64,000 nt of DNA, from positions 33,480,001-33,544,000 of the forward strand of contig NC_090345.1 in assembly GCF_035084215.1 (NCBI RefSeq), in the 5' to 3' direction. Numbering within the stretch: position 1 is the first letter of the stretch; each line of letters opens with the position of its first letter. The stretch is from Heptranchias perlo (lineage: Eukaryota). The translations under genes and the position numbers were made by a program. The notes beneath the pieces are model-generated. The model had not been told where the DNA came from. It did no database searches and saw only the letters and a list, made by a program, of their open reading frames with translations. This document shows positions 1 to 11,370 of the stretch, in pieces.

Positions 1-589
1 GTCCTAACTACTGGACTTTACTACAAAACAGAAAACCGAGCAGTGAAATCAGGGTGAGATTTTTCTCCATGTTGGCTTTACCATTAGAAATGCGCCAAGA
101 TTTCACTTCCTCCCACTGGTGTAATTGCGCTGTGACCCCATCCAATTTTCCTTGGTCAACTTTATTTTAATATTGTTGGCGGGCTCCCAGCGCTATTTAC
201 CTTCTCTAGTGGGAACTTGCTCTGGAGTTAAATCCGATGCTGCTGCAGTGTTAAACTGGCTGCAGCACCATACAGGGGAAAGGCAGCCATTTTGTTTCTG
301 AAACTATTTAGGTCTCCAAGGCAAGGTGCAGTGATTAAGAACAACAATAACAAAGCACATGGCTTAAAATGTTTTTTATTACTGATGGGATATGTGTGGA
401 AAGATTCACGGCAAGGTGGGGAAACTCTGCGAGACAGTTCTCCAAATTGTGGAGGAAAGCTACATGTCAGCAAGAGAATAAATTGTAGTTGCTAACTGAA
501 GACCACGGTGGAAGGTGTGATTTTGCAGTGGGCTCAGATTTCATTCAGCTAAAGGTATTCCTTATGAGCTTTGCCCTCTGAGGTCCGCC

Positions 590-1540
590 TGTACATGTCG
601 TTCCTCAATCAAGGCCTCAGTTGCCTGCTGATCCATCTGGCCTTGGTCACCTTCCTCCTCGTCCTCTTGGACATTAACCAGAAGTCCTTTGTGGGTGGCA
701 AAACTGTGCAGTGTATAGCTGACCAAGATGATGCAATTCACCCTAGCAGAACTACACAGGAAGCTGAACTATGGTTTCAGAAAGCTCATGATCAGCTCAC
801 CAACAATCTTAGTGGCACCATCAGCTTCATTGTGCCAGTGTTCCTCAGGAGTCCTCGAGTTCTGAACTGATGGCATCAGCCGCTGCTGCAGCTATCCACA
901 CCGTTGACCTGTGATCAGCAGAGGTATTGTGGACTATCTTACAACAAAAGAATCATGGCAGCTCCCTAGATAGTATGCACCCACAGGGAGCATAATGAGC
1001 TTTGCATCACACCCGCTGCACATTGAGGGAGTTACATCCTTTCCCGTTGAGAAAATTGATCTTGTTCTCAAAAAGGTGACATATGGTGATGTGGGTCCTA
1101 TTGATGTGATGTGAAATGCAACTTGCACCTGGGCAAATCCAGCCAGACTGTGAAAATGAATTGCCCACAAAATCCATAGAAAATGATATTAAATGAGACA
1201 GTTGTTTAAATGAGGCATCAGTTACTTGCTTGATTTAGTACTGTACAGCGGATTGACTTCTAATGCAAATATCCCTCGATGCCGCCTGAAAGGAACCTGT
1301 GCCATAAAAGGTTAGTGCTTCTGTGAGAACAAGATCAATTTTCTCAACGGGAAAGGATGTAACTCCCTCAATGTGCAGCGGGTGTGATGCAAAGCTCATT
1401 ATGCTCCCTGTGGGTGCATACTATCTAGGGAGCTGCCATGATTCTTTTGTTGTAAGATAGTCCACAATACCACTGGCAATGCTAAACTTCTGGTGGATGT
1501 GGTCTCCAGGCCCAGGGCTGTACTTCTGTCTGTCTAACAC
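590..1540 (-). pseudogene. Degenerate PIF/Harbinger (HARBI1-like) transposase remnant, interrupted by an inverted duplication
   Basis: Minus-strand peptides in the expected order: SLALPV, ALTFYGTGSFQAASRDI, IKQVTDASF, FHSLAGFAQVQ, FLNGKGCNSLNVQ, HNEADGATK, RVNCIILVSYTLHSFA, acidic EDEEE tail. These match the better-preserved copy at 62944-63905. Stops and frameshifts are present. Confidence 0.85.
923..1471. repeat. Perfect inverted repeat with 148-bp arms (923-1070 and 1324-1471)
   Basis: Base-by-base, the right arm equals the reverse complement of the left arm; spacer is 253 bp. Confidence 0.95.
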
Positions 1541-1754
1541 CACCTAGCAACCAGACCTGCCTGTCCTATTTCCCTCTAGCATCCACCTTGAATCTGCTGC
1601 AAAATGGGCAGTAAGCAGGAGGAAAAAAACAGGCCAAAATATGCCCTTTGCTAGTTCTAGGATTTCCCATGAAAAACTACAGGTAACTAGAAGCAACAGT
1701 GTAACATTAACAGCTCTGGGGAAACTAGAGCAATGGGCCTGTCAGTCTTTCACA

Positions 1755-2050
1755 TACAACTCGTAGCTTCCAGGCCACCTGTAACTTTTGCAGCCTGGAT
1801 GAGTCCGTGTTCCACACTTTTGTTGAATGTGAGGGATTGCAGCCCCTCTTCCACTATTTGAATGGGCTGCTCCTCAACTTCTGGCTCCACTTCAGTCCCA
1901 GGCTCTTGATCTTTGGCTCCCCGATGCGGAGGAGGGGCAGGCAAATCGTGGGTCTGCTCCTGGGCCAGGCCAAAGTGGCTATCCACAGGTCCAGGTTAGA
2001 CGCGGCCCGTGGGGGCGGTTGATCCGACTGCCTGACTTTCTTCTGCGCCC
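1755..2050 (+). mobile_element. Tx1/L1-clade non-LTR retrotransposon ORF2 C-terminal fragment
   Basis: CNFCSLDESVFHTFVEC (CCHC knuckle) followed by LQPLFHYL..LLLNFWLHFSP.LLIFG...GLLLG.AKVAIHRSR, typical of Tx1-type ORF2 ends. Confidence 0.75.
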
Positions 2051-3002
2051 TCGGCCCCTCGGTTGGTCCCCTCTTTGCCCTTCTCCAGGTCCTTGTTGCG
2101 CACCTCTGTCTTGCGCACCTGCAGATCCCAGAACTGCACGACATGCCACGGATGGTGATGCACCTCCTCCTCAGATGTACTGTGGAATACATCCATTGCG
2201 CCCCCCCATCCTGATCTTGTCAGTTTGAGGGGGCTCCAAAATGTAAGTAAATTTGTCTGAACACAAGAATTCTCAGTCTCAACAAAGAAATCTCAATCTA
2301 AACTCAAAGAACTATCAGCCAAACGTTTGTCTGAGAGAACTGAGTGCCCTGCTACAATACCTCCTTTTATTGAGATGTGTCAATCACTGGTTTAAAGGCC
2401 AAATGAACTTCAGCTGCAACTCACCTCCGTTTCAATGGCGTGTTGCAGAAGCCACAGGAAACACATCCAGGAGTAATTAAATCCGTTTCTGTTGCAGAAT
2501 CCATGAAAAGTTAAGTACCTAAAGTGTTTCAACTACCTGAATTGGGCTTTTAAATATCGGCACTCCGGCTTTAAGTGGGGACAGGACTTCTGGGTTTCTG
2601 TTGTGTGCACGCATCCTAACGGGCCTGGGTTAAGCCCAGAAGAACCTCCCAGGTGTAATATTATTATTTAATTTAATAAGATTCCTTTGTTTTACCGTTT
2701 AGTTCTATATTAGTTGTGCCCCTCTAAAAAGAGAGCACTTTTGTTAGTTGTTTTTGATGACACTGGGAGAACTCAATGTCTCCTTATGGTTTTATTAAGA
2801 AAAGGCATACAAGTCTTAGCCACCCAGTAAATTAACCCACAACAATTTGTATACATTCTTCTTAGTCAGAGAACTAATTAATGCAGGTAATTTAAATGAG
2901 GTGTGACATGCCTTAATAAAGTCCAAAAAATCCTGTAAATTTCATAATACCGATAGGCAAAAATACCTGTCTTAATGTTACTCCATGTAACGCAAACATA
3001 AT

Positions 3003-3925
3003 GGGGTCAATTTTAATTTCTGGCATGCATCGGGTGGGCAGTGGGCTGTGCGAGGCCCGATCTATTTTCATGATCGGGCTTCATTTAAATACAGGAGACG
3101 AGCTGCTCGAATTAATCCGTACCTCAACTCCATTTACCTGCCTTTGCTCCATATCCCTCGATACCCTCACCCAACAAAAATGTATGGATCTCAGTCTTAA
3201 AAATTTCAATTGACCCAGCGCCCACGGCCTTTTGGGAAGAGAGTTCCAGATTTCCACCACTCTCCAGTGTGAAAAGATTCTTCCTGATTTCACTCTTAAA
3301 TGGCCTAGCTCTAATTTTAAAATTATGTCCCCTTGTTCTGGATTCTCCCACCAGGGGAAGTAGTTTCTCTGCATCTACCCTATCGAATCCTTGAATCATG
3401 TTTGAACACAGCTCACCATTTGAGAGAGTGGGAAATCTGGCAGAACAGAGACTGAAGTTGGCCAGCAGCAGCCCTCTAAAGAGGAGGGCTGAACAGATCA
3501 GCAGGCAGGTCAAGAAGAAACAGACCGAAGCAGCAAGGAGTTGAACTTAAAGAAGCCTTTAAGATTCGAAAGTCCTGAGAAATAATGATGATAAAGTTAC
3601 TGCCAAATCTGCTTTCAGCTTTACCTGACTGCAGCTTATGATCTCTTTAAACATCGCTGCAAATGGCTGCCTCCCAATCTGTACCACCCATGGTTAGTGG
3701 GCAGGTTGAGATGGCAGTGCTAAATGACACAAAAAAAGTGTTTTGGTCCTAATGTCATAGGACCCTCATTTTAATATAATAATTAGGCCCCTGTTGGTTT
3801 CACACAGGAAAGTTGGCCCAAAAATCGAAGCGGGCGGGCCTCTGGGAGTAAGTCGCCAATTGTTTTGTGATTTTTGTCATACTCACGCTTAAAAAACAAG
3901 CATTAGGAGGATGAAAATCAGCCCC
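3003..3925. mobile_element. Non-autonomous TIR DNA element (Harbinger/MITE-like) with a nested CR1 3' fragment
   Basis: Left end GGGGTCAATTTTAAT, right end reverse complement GGGGCTGATTTTCAT; AAT flanks both ends (3000-3002, 3926-3928). Confidence 0.65.
3115..3400 (-). mobile_element. CR1 LINE 3' fragment
   Basis: GFDRVDAEKLLPLVGESRTRGHNFKIRARPFKSEIRKNLF and VVEIWNSLP, the CR1 ORF2 C-terminus. Confidence 0.85.
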
Positions 3926-4217
3926 AATATGTGATATTGTTCAAGGAGAATTGTTTGCTCCAAGGCTGTATTTGATTAATTAGTTGGTCCATTTTATTAG
4001 TCCATTTTAATTAGTTGCCTGAATTCAAGCTTTTTAGTACCTTGTTCTCTATATTTTTTCTTCAGACACTGATGTATCAGCTATATTTAAATGAGAGAAG
4101 AGCAGAGGTGCTGTGTCTGAAATTGAAAGCAGCTGTGTTTGGACACATTCATTTAGCAATTCTATGAAATTTATTACTCTTTTCATTAAAACAATGCATG
4201 GAAATCTAGAACTGGAA

Positions 4218-5020
4218 TAAGAAAGGTGACAGAGATAAACCAGGAAATTATAGACCTGTTAGTCTAACATCTGTTGTAGGGAAGTTATTGGATTCTATAA
4301 TTAAGGAAAAAGTGACTGAGCACTTAGAGAAATGTTGAGCTGATTAGAGAGAGCCAACATGGATTTCTAAAGAGTAGGTCATGTCTAATGAACCTAATTA
4401 AATTTTTTGAGGAAGTAACTAAAGTAGTAGTCAGGAGACTCTCTATGGATGTAGTTTATATGGACTTCCAGAAGGCATTCGATAAGGTTCCACATGAGAG
4501 ACTGAGCTAAAATTAAAGCTTTAGTAGGAAGAATAGAAAAGCAGAATATTTTTTAAAAGGTGAGAGACTAAGAAATGTTGGTAGTCAGAGGGATTTGGGT
4601 GTCCTTGTACACAAATCACAGAGATCTAACATGCAGGTACAGCAACCAATTAGGAAGGCAAATGGTATGTTAGGCTTGTATTCCCTGGAATATAGAAGGT
4701 TAGTTCTATGTAATTGCAACAAAATCTCCTTACTCTTACACTTCAACCCCCTCGCAATAAAGGCTAACATACCATTTGCCTTCCTAATTGGTTGCTGTAC
4801 CTGCATGTTAAATCTTTGTGATTCGTGGACAAGGACACCCGAATACCTCTGACGACCAACATTTCTTAGTCTCTCACCTTTTAATTTGGTTGAGATTTTT
4901 AAGATTTTGAATGGAATGGATAGGGTAGGATAGGAATGGATAGAGAAACTTTTTCTACTGGTGGGGAAGTCTAGGACAAGGGGACATAACCGTAAAATCA
5001 CAGCAAGGCCATTCAAGAGA
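4218..5020 (+). mobile_element. Degenerate CR1 RT fragment with internal deletions and an inverted duplicated segment (4706-4884)
   Basis: PGNYRPVSLTS, DFQKAFDKVPH, RDLGVLV, KANGML and SRTRGHN motifs on plus; 4706-4884 reads as CR1 on minus. Confidence 0.85.
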
Positions 5021-5049
5021 GTTACATTGAGTTCCATCGATTTCCATCA

Positions 5050-7485
5050 AGTTTACAGCACAGAAACAGGTCATTCGGCCCAACTGGTCTATCCCGGCAT
5101 TTATGCTTTACATGAGCCTCCTCCCTCCCTACATGGACAAAATTGCTGAATTCCAGAGGTGAGGCGACTGCCCTTGACATCAAGGCAGCATTTGACAGAG
5201 TGTGGCACCAAGGAGCCCTCGTAAAATTGAAGTCAATGGGAATCAGGGGGAAAACTCTCCAGTGGCTGGAGTCATACCTAGCACAAAGGAAGATGGTAGT
5301 GGTTGTTGGAGGCCAATCATCTCAGCCCCAGGGCATTGCTGCAGGAGTTCCTCAGGGCAGTGTCCTAGGCCCAACCATCTTCAGCTGCTTCATCAATGAC
5401 CTTCCCTCCATCATAAGGTCAGAAATGGGGATGTTCGCTGATGACTGCACAGTGTTCAGTTCCATTCGCAACCCCTCAGATAATGAAGCAGTCCGAGCCT
5501 GCATGCAGCAAGACCTGGACAACATCCAGGCTTGGGCTGATAAGTGGCAAGTAACATTCGCGCCAGATAAGTGCCAGGCAATGACCATCTCCAACAAGAG
5601 AGAGTCTAACCACCTCCCCTTGACATTCAATGGCATTACCATCGCCGAATCCCCCACCATCAACATCTTGGGGGTCACCATTGACCAGAAACTTAACTGG
5701 ACCAGCCATATAAATACTGTGGCTACGAGAGCAGGTCAGAGGCTGGGTATTCTGCGGCGAGTGACTCACCTCCTGACTCCCCAAAGCCTTTCCACCATCT
5801 ACAAGGCACAAGTCAGGAGTGTGATGGAATACTCTCCACTTGCCTGGATGAGTGCAGCTCCAACAACACTCAAGAAGCTCGACACCATCCAAGATAAAGC
5901 AGCCCGCTTGATTGGCACCCCATCCACCACCCTAAACATTCACTCCCTTCACCACCGGCGCACTGTGGCTGCAGTGTGTACCATCCACAGGATGCACTGC
6001 AGCAACTCGCCAAGGCTTCTTCGACAGCACCTCCCAAACCCACGACCTCTACCACCTAGAAGGACAAGGGCAGCAGGCACATGGGAACAACACCACCTGC
6101 ACGTTCCCCTCCAAGTCACACACCATCCCGACTTGGAAATATATCGCCGTTCCTTCATTGTCGCTGGGTCAAAATCCTGGAACTCCCTTCCTAACAGCAC
6201 TGTGGGAGAACCGTCACCACACGGACTGCAGCGGTTCAAGAAGGCGGCTCACCACCACCTTCTCGAGGGCAATTAGGGATGGGCAATAAATGCCGGCCTT
6301 GCCAGCGACGCCCACATCCCGTGAACGAATAAAAAAAAAAAAAATGTAACCTTATCAGCTTATCCTTCTATTTCTTTCTCCCTCATGTGTTTATCTAGCT
6401 TCTCCTTAAATGAATCTATGCTATTTGCCTCAACTACTCCTTGTAGCGAGTTCCACATTCTTACCTCTCTTTGGGTAAAGAAGTTTCCCCTGAATTCCCT
6501 ATTGGATTTATTAGTGACTATCTTATATTTATGACCTCTAGATTTTGGCTCCCCCACAAGTGGATACATTTTATCTATGTCTACCCTATCAAACCCTTTC
6601 ATTACCTTAAAGACCTCTATCAGGTCACCCCTCAGCCTTCTCTTTTGAAGAGAAAAGAGCCTCAGCCTGTTCAGCCTTTCCTGATAAGTATATCCTCTCA
6701 GTTGTGGTATTATCCTTGTGAATCTTTTCTGCACCTTCTCCAGTGCTTCTATATCCTTTTTATAATATTGAGACCAGAACTGTGCACAGTACTCCAAGAG
6801 TGGTCTAACCAATGTTCTGTACAAGTTTAACCCAACTTCTCTGCTTTTCAATTCTATCCCTTTAGAAATGAACCCCAATGCTTGGTTTGCTTTTTTTAAG
6901 GCCTTATTAACCTGTGTCACTACTTTTAGTGATTTGTGTATCTGTACCCCCAGATCCCTCTGCTCCTCCACCCCATTTAGACTCATTTTATCCAAGCAAT
7001 ATGTGGCCTCCTTATTCTTCCTACCAAAATGCACCACCTCACACTTATCTATATTGAAATTCATTTGTCTATTACATGCCCATTCTGCAAGTTTATTAAT
7101 GTCTTCTTGCATTTTGATGCATTCTTCCTTTGTATTAACTATACCCACCAATTTGGTGTCATCCGCAAATTTTGAAATTGTACTTCCGATTCCCGGGTCC
7201 AAATCTTTAATGTTAATTCTGAATATCAGTGGTCCCAGCACCAATCTCTGTGGAATATCACTTCCCACCTTTTGCCAGTCTGAGTCGCTACCCTTAATCC
7301 CTACTCTCTGTTTTCTGTTTTGTAGTCAGCTTGCTATCCATTCTGCTACCTGTCCCCTGACTCCACATGCTCTGACCTTAGTCATGAGTCTACAATGCAG
7401 TACCTTATGGAAGGCTGATTGAAAATCCAAATATATTACATCTACTACATTACCCTTGCCTACTCTTTCTGTTACTTCTTCAAAG
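5050..7485 (-). mobile_element. 5'-truncated CR1 LINE, with its 3' tail split by a LINE-A insertion
   Basis: ORF 6360-7268 contains SKFADDTKL, RDLGVQI, LVRPLLEYC, RRLRGDLIEVFK and WNSL. Tail pieces 5050-5130 and 6345 onward rejoin to match the intact tails at 15290 and 21285. Confidence 0.9.
5131..6344 (+). mobile_element. LINE-A copy 1: 5'-truncated young non-LTR retrotransposon (RT C-half, 3' tail, poly-A)
   Basis: Open 377-aa frame 5143-6276 with LDIKAAFDRVWH, GVPQGSVLGP and FADD; tail ...gccagcgacgcccacatcccgtgaacgaat followed by A14; near-identical to the copy at 43249. Confidence 0.95.
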
Positions 7486-7735
7486 AGAGAAGTTAGGAAA
7501 CAGTTCCTCACACTAAGAGTGGTAGAAGTGTGGAACTCTCTCCCACAAAAAGCAATAAATGCTCGCTCAATTAATAATTTTAAATCTGAGATCGATAGAT
7601 TTTTGCTAGCCAAGGGTATTAAGGGATATGGAGCCAAGGCGGGTGGTTGGAGTTAGGATACAGATCAGCCATGATCTCACTGAATAGCGGAAGGGGCTCA
7701 AGGGGCTGAATGGCCTACTCCTATGTTCCTATGTA
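7484..7735 (+). mobile_element. CR1 LINE 3' end
   Basis: EVRKQFLTLRVVEVWNSLP...IDRFL...GIKGYG followed by the tail ggggctgaatggcctactcct..ttcctatgt. Confidence 0.85.
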
Positions 7736-7949
7736 AGAGTTGGAGCAATTCTGGCTACCACATTAGGTGATGTACCAGGCAAGTGCTTCATCGATCATCC
7801 TGTACATATGATGTAGTGGTTGAGGGACAAGAATATGTGGGTAAAGAACACAAACATGCTCAACACAGCTTTGAATAAAGGAAAAAATTGGCACTCTATT
7901 CTTCGTACCTAAAATCTCGAATGACCTATGTCCTTATTTTAGTTCACAC

Positions 7950-8105
7950 AGCTCTTCCACTGAGATTACAGCAGAGGATCGGGAGAACCCCCCCCCTCCC
8001 CCCATGAAAACTTATTCCCTATGTGCTTAAGTCCTGCAGTGCAGTTGAAACCCATGACCTTTTGATTCAGACGTGAGCACCATCACTGAGCCAATCTGAT
8101 ACTAA
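7950..8105 (-). mobile_element. Degenerate tRNA-derived SINE 5' fragment
   Basis: Minus strand TGGCTCAGTGATGG (A-box-like) ... GGGTTTCAACT (B-box-like); resembles the head of the SINE at 17800. Confidence 0.5.
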
Positions 8106-8250
8106 GTTCATGGAATACTTTAGCTTACAACTGTCCTCTTGCAACTTCCAATTGTTACAAAATCGATTTTTAAAGAACACTACATGAGAACTTAATATTG
8201 CTTAAGGCACTTTGTCTTACCTTCTTACTCAAAGGTTCTTAGTAATATGT

Positions 8251-8981
8251 GGGATAGAGTTTCCGCTTTGGGCGTAATCAGCAATTGGGCGCAAACTGTG
8301 CCCGAAAATTGCACCGGCTGGGTTACAGTTCGAGTTTCTGTTAAAGTGCTAACATAATCACAAATGTAAAATCTTCCATGAACTAGCTTAATCCAGCAGT
8401 TTAACAGAATGTAATCGTTTATTTTTTGCAATAAGAAATATTCACTGATGTATTTAAGATGTATTTAAGAGTGGTAACCTGGTGCAGTTTTATTAATACA
8501 GCTGAAAATGGGTTTATCACAAAAAATAAGCATTTTTAATAAGTGTCCAGTCCTCCACCTGTGAGTAACCAGATTTTAAATCACTGAAAATGATTTTAAA
8601 AAACTATACTGAATCATTTACTACTTTCATTGGTGTACACTAGTCAGTTTCTTAGTAAATTAAATATTTTTAATATGTAAAAATATTTAAAATTTGCCCA
8701 CTAGTGCCCGTGCACCTAAGAAAAGAGCTTGAAGACCCTCCTTGAACAGCCGCAGACGGGCGCAATCGGTGGAAACTCGCCATCCTCGTTATTTCGTGCG
8801 GGAGGCATGGTCAGTTTTGTGGGCAGGGCCGGCTTCAGCGCAATGATTTTTGAACTCGCAAAAGATTGCGGAAACTCGAATTACGCTGGATGTAATTTAC
8901 GCCCAGCATAAATAGGAATTCCTCCATCATTTGTGCTGAATCGACCGGATTGCGCTGATAAAACCAGCACATTCTGTGGAA
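8251..8981. mobile_element. Non-autonomous TIR DNA element
   Basis: Ends GGGATAGAGTTTCCGC and reverse complement TGGGTAAAGTTTCCAC; subterminal inverted gttcgagtttc/gaaactcgaat; CpG-rich ends around an AT-rich core. Confidence 0.55.
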
Positions 8982-9079
8982 ACTTTACCCATGATATCAA
9001 ATTGTTTCTTTTGTATATATTTAAGCATCAAAATATATTCAGTATACAAGTGGATCTCCTGTGGTAAGTCAAAAAATAT

Positions 9080-9226
9080 GGGCCTGGATTTGTTCCTGCT
9101 CCGCCGCCATGACTTTGCCGGAAGTGCTGCAGAAACCCTGTTTACACACATAAATGGGGTTTCGGCCGCACTTCCGGCAAAGGTATGGTGGCAGAGTGGG
9201 AATAGCTCTGAGTAAATTCTGGGCTC
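9080..9226. mobile_element. Palindromic MITE-like element
   Basis: Arms ttcctgctccgccgccatgactttgccggaagtgctgcagaaaccc and reverse complement ttcccactctgccaccatacctttgccggaagtgcggccgaaaccc; flanks TAT/TGT. Confidence 0.75.
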
Positions 9227-10599
9227 TGTTTTCCTTGTGTTAATATTGCTCTCTCTGTTTTTCCTCCTCTGTTTCTGTCTCTCTTCTCTTCAGGCTTCTC
9301 TCTCCTTAACTCTTTCCTTCCCTCTCTGTCTTTTTCTTCTATTTTTTTCAGGTGAGCAGTGTAGCAGAGAAAGGAGCCGCCAATGATTGAAGACTACATT
9401 TGGGTAAAGAGTTGTGGCAAAATCTACATTCACAAAACAAAATCATATCAAGAAAAATATCAAGTCCAAGCCCAGGCTTTTGGGAGAGGCTGAGGCCTTC
9501 AAGTAAAATCATTAATGAAGGAATTAAAAGACACATAAAACAATCCAATGGATAAATTTAGTCATATCATTGTGAAAGTGTAAAAAATGTTTAAATCCTT
9601 ATTAAAAATTTCAGTTATTGAGGAAAAATGGCAAATGATTTTTCAGAAAGCATTTTGAGTGATCTGTAGAATACTGAGTGTGATGTGACAGGCAAGGTGT
9701 GACCTCCCAACTCAGCATTTAACATCTGAAATTCCTATCGCACTGTCTCTTAGTGCCATCACAGCCAAGGGTTCTACCAAGGTGCGATTACCAATAGGAA
9801 ATGCTGACATTGGACTTGTGAGTAGAATGTGTGACACATATAATGTAATATATATTGGCACCGTTATTACTTTTTATGTTTTTTCCTTTCTAATCTGAAA
9901 GCTGCATTAAATTAATGTTTTTAAATATTGTATTTGTGTACATAAGTCAACATTTAAATATGCTTCGGTGCTGTAAGACGCAAATAAAATATTTTAATAC
10001 ATAACACTTTCCTTAATTTTGAAGCTTATTCTGAAATAAACAGTGTTTCTGAATTAGTTGTAATGAAGGGGCAGCCGTTAATGAGGGTGTGAATTTTATA
10101 TACTTTGAAAAAGAATCGTACAAAATCTATTGTAATGTTAAGACATTTGCTTTGGTCGTTAACTTTTCAGCAGTGATTTTGGTCAGATCTTTTTACTTAT
10201 ATTATTCAATATGATGTTTTACATTCTCTCATATCCTAACTCAGTTGAGTTAATATACAGAGTTGCATTCTCATACCATCACTTACCTTTTCAAGATCAT
10301 TTCTTAGTTTTTTATACTCCACTGATGTGCTTCTTTGCTGACCTTACTTTCTCCAGCATGCTGTATCCTCAATTTACCTGATGTGCTCAGTCCCTGCTCT
10401 ACAAATATGTTGCCTTCACTATCCTTGATCTGCTGCCCTTGCTCTTTCCAGTGTGTTGTCTCTGATTTTCTACTTTGGGTCTCACCAATCTCCCCATTTG
10501 CAGATCCCATGCTACTCGATGCGTTGTCCATGCTCTGAGTACTAGCCCTACACTCTTTAATGTGCTGTCCCCTTGCTGTCACTGACATGCTGCCCTCAC

Positions 10600-11370
10600 T
10601 CTCCCTGGTCACCCCAGTGTGCAGGCCTTACTCTCCCAGACATGCTGCTCTTGTTCTCTCCACTGTCTCTGAAATTCTGTGCCCAGTGTATTCTCCCCAG
10701 TGTGCAGTCCCTACTCTCCCAGACATGTTGCTCTTGCTCACTCTGCTATCCCTGAGGTTCTGTACCCAGTGTGCAGTCTCTACTCTCCCTGACTTGCTCA
10801 CTCTGCTATCCCTGAGGATCTGTGCCCAGTGTGCGGTCTCTACTCTCCCTGACGTGCTCACTCTGCTATCCCTAAAGATCTGTGCCCAGTGTGCGGTCTC
10901 TACTCTCCCTGACGTGCTCATTCTGCTATCCCTGAGGTTCTGTACCCAGTGTGCAGTCTCTACTCTCCCTGACTTGCTCACTCTGCTATCCCTGAGGTTC
11001 TGTGCCTAGTGTGCAGTCCCTACTCTCCCAGACATGTTGCTCTTGCTCACTCTGCTATCCCTGAGGTTCTGTACCCAGTGTGCAGTCTCTACTCTCCCTG
11101 ACGTGCTCACTCTGCTATCCCTGAGGTTCTGTGCCCAGTGTGCAGTCTCTACTCTCCCTGACGTGCTCATTCCGCTAACATCTAAGGTTTTGTGCCCAGT
11201 GTGCAGTCCATACTCTCCCAGATGTGTTGCTCCTGCTCAGTATGCTATCCCTGAGGTTCTGGGCCCAGTGTGCGGTCTCTACTCTCCCTGACGTGCTGCT
11301 CTTGTTCTCTCTGCTATCCCTGAAGTTCTGTGCCCAGATTCCTCTCCCCAATGTGCTGCTCATGCTGTCA
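10600..11370. repeat. 60-bp minisatellite with longer ~72-bp variant units
   Basis: Unit ~ctcactctgctatccctgaggttctgtgcccagtgtgcagtctctactctccctgacgtg repeated about 10 times; degenerate units extend left to ~10320. Confidence 0.95.

Noticed and set aside
5352-6239. Antisense and alternative-frame ORFs repeated in several places (e.g. MDGVELLECC, MNRCSPCG)
   Set aside because: They are shadows of LINE-A copies and recur only because the element recurs.
6345-7735. Twin-priming inversion of a single CR1
   Set aside because: Both oppositely oriented pieces contain their own ORF2 C-terminus and different tails, so they are two separate insertions.
10600-11370. CRISPR-like array
   Set aside because: Units are tandem with no unique spacers, the context is eukaryotic, and there are no cas genes.
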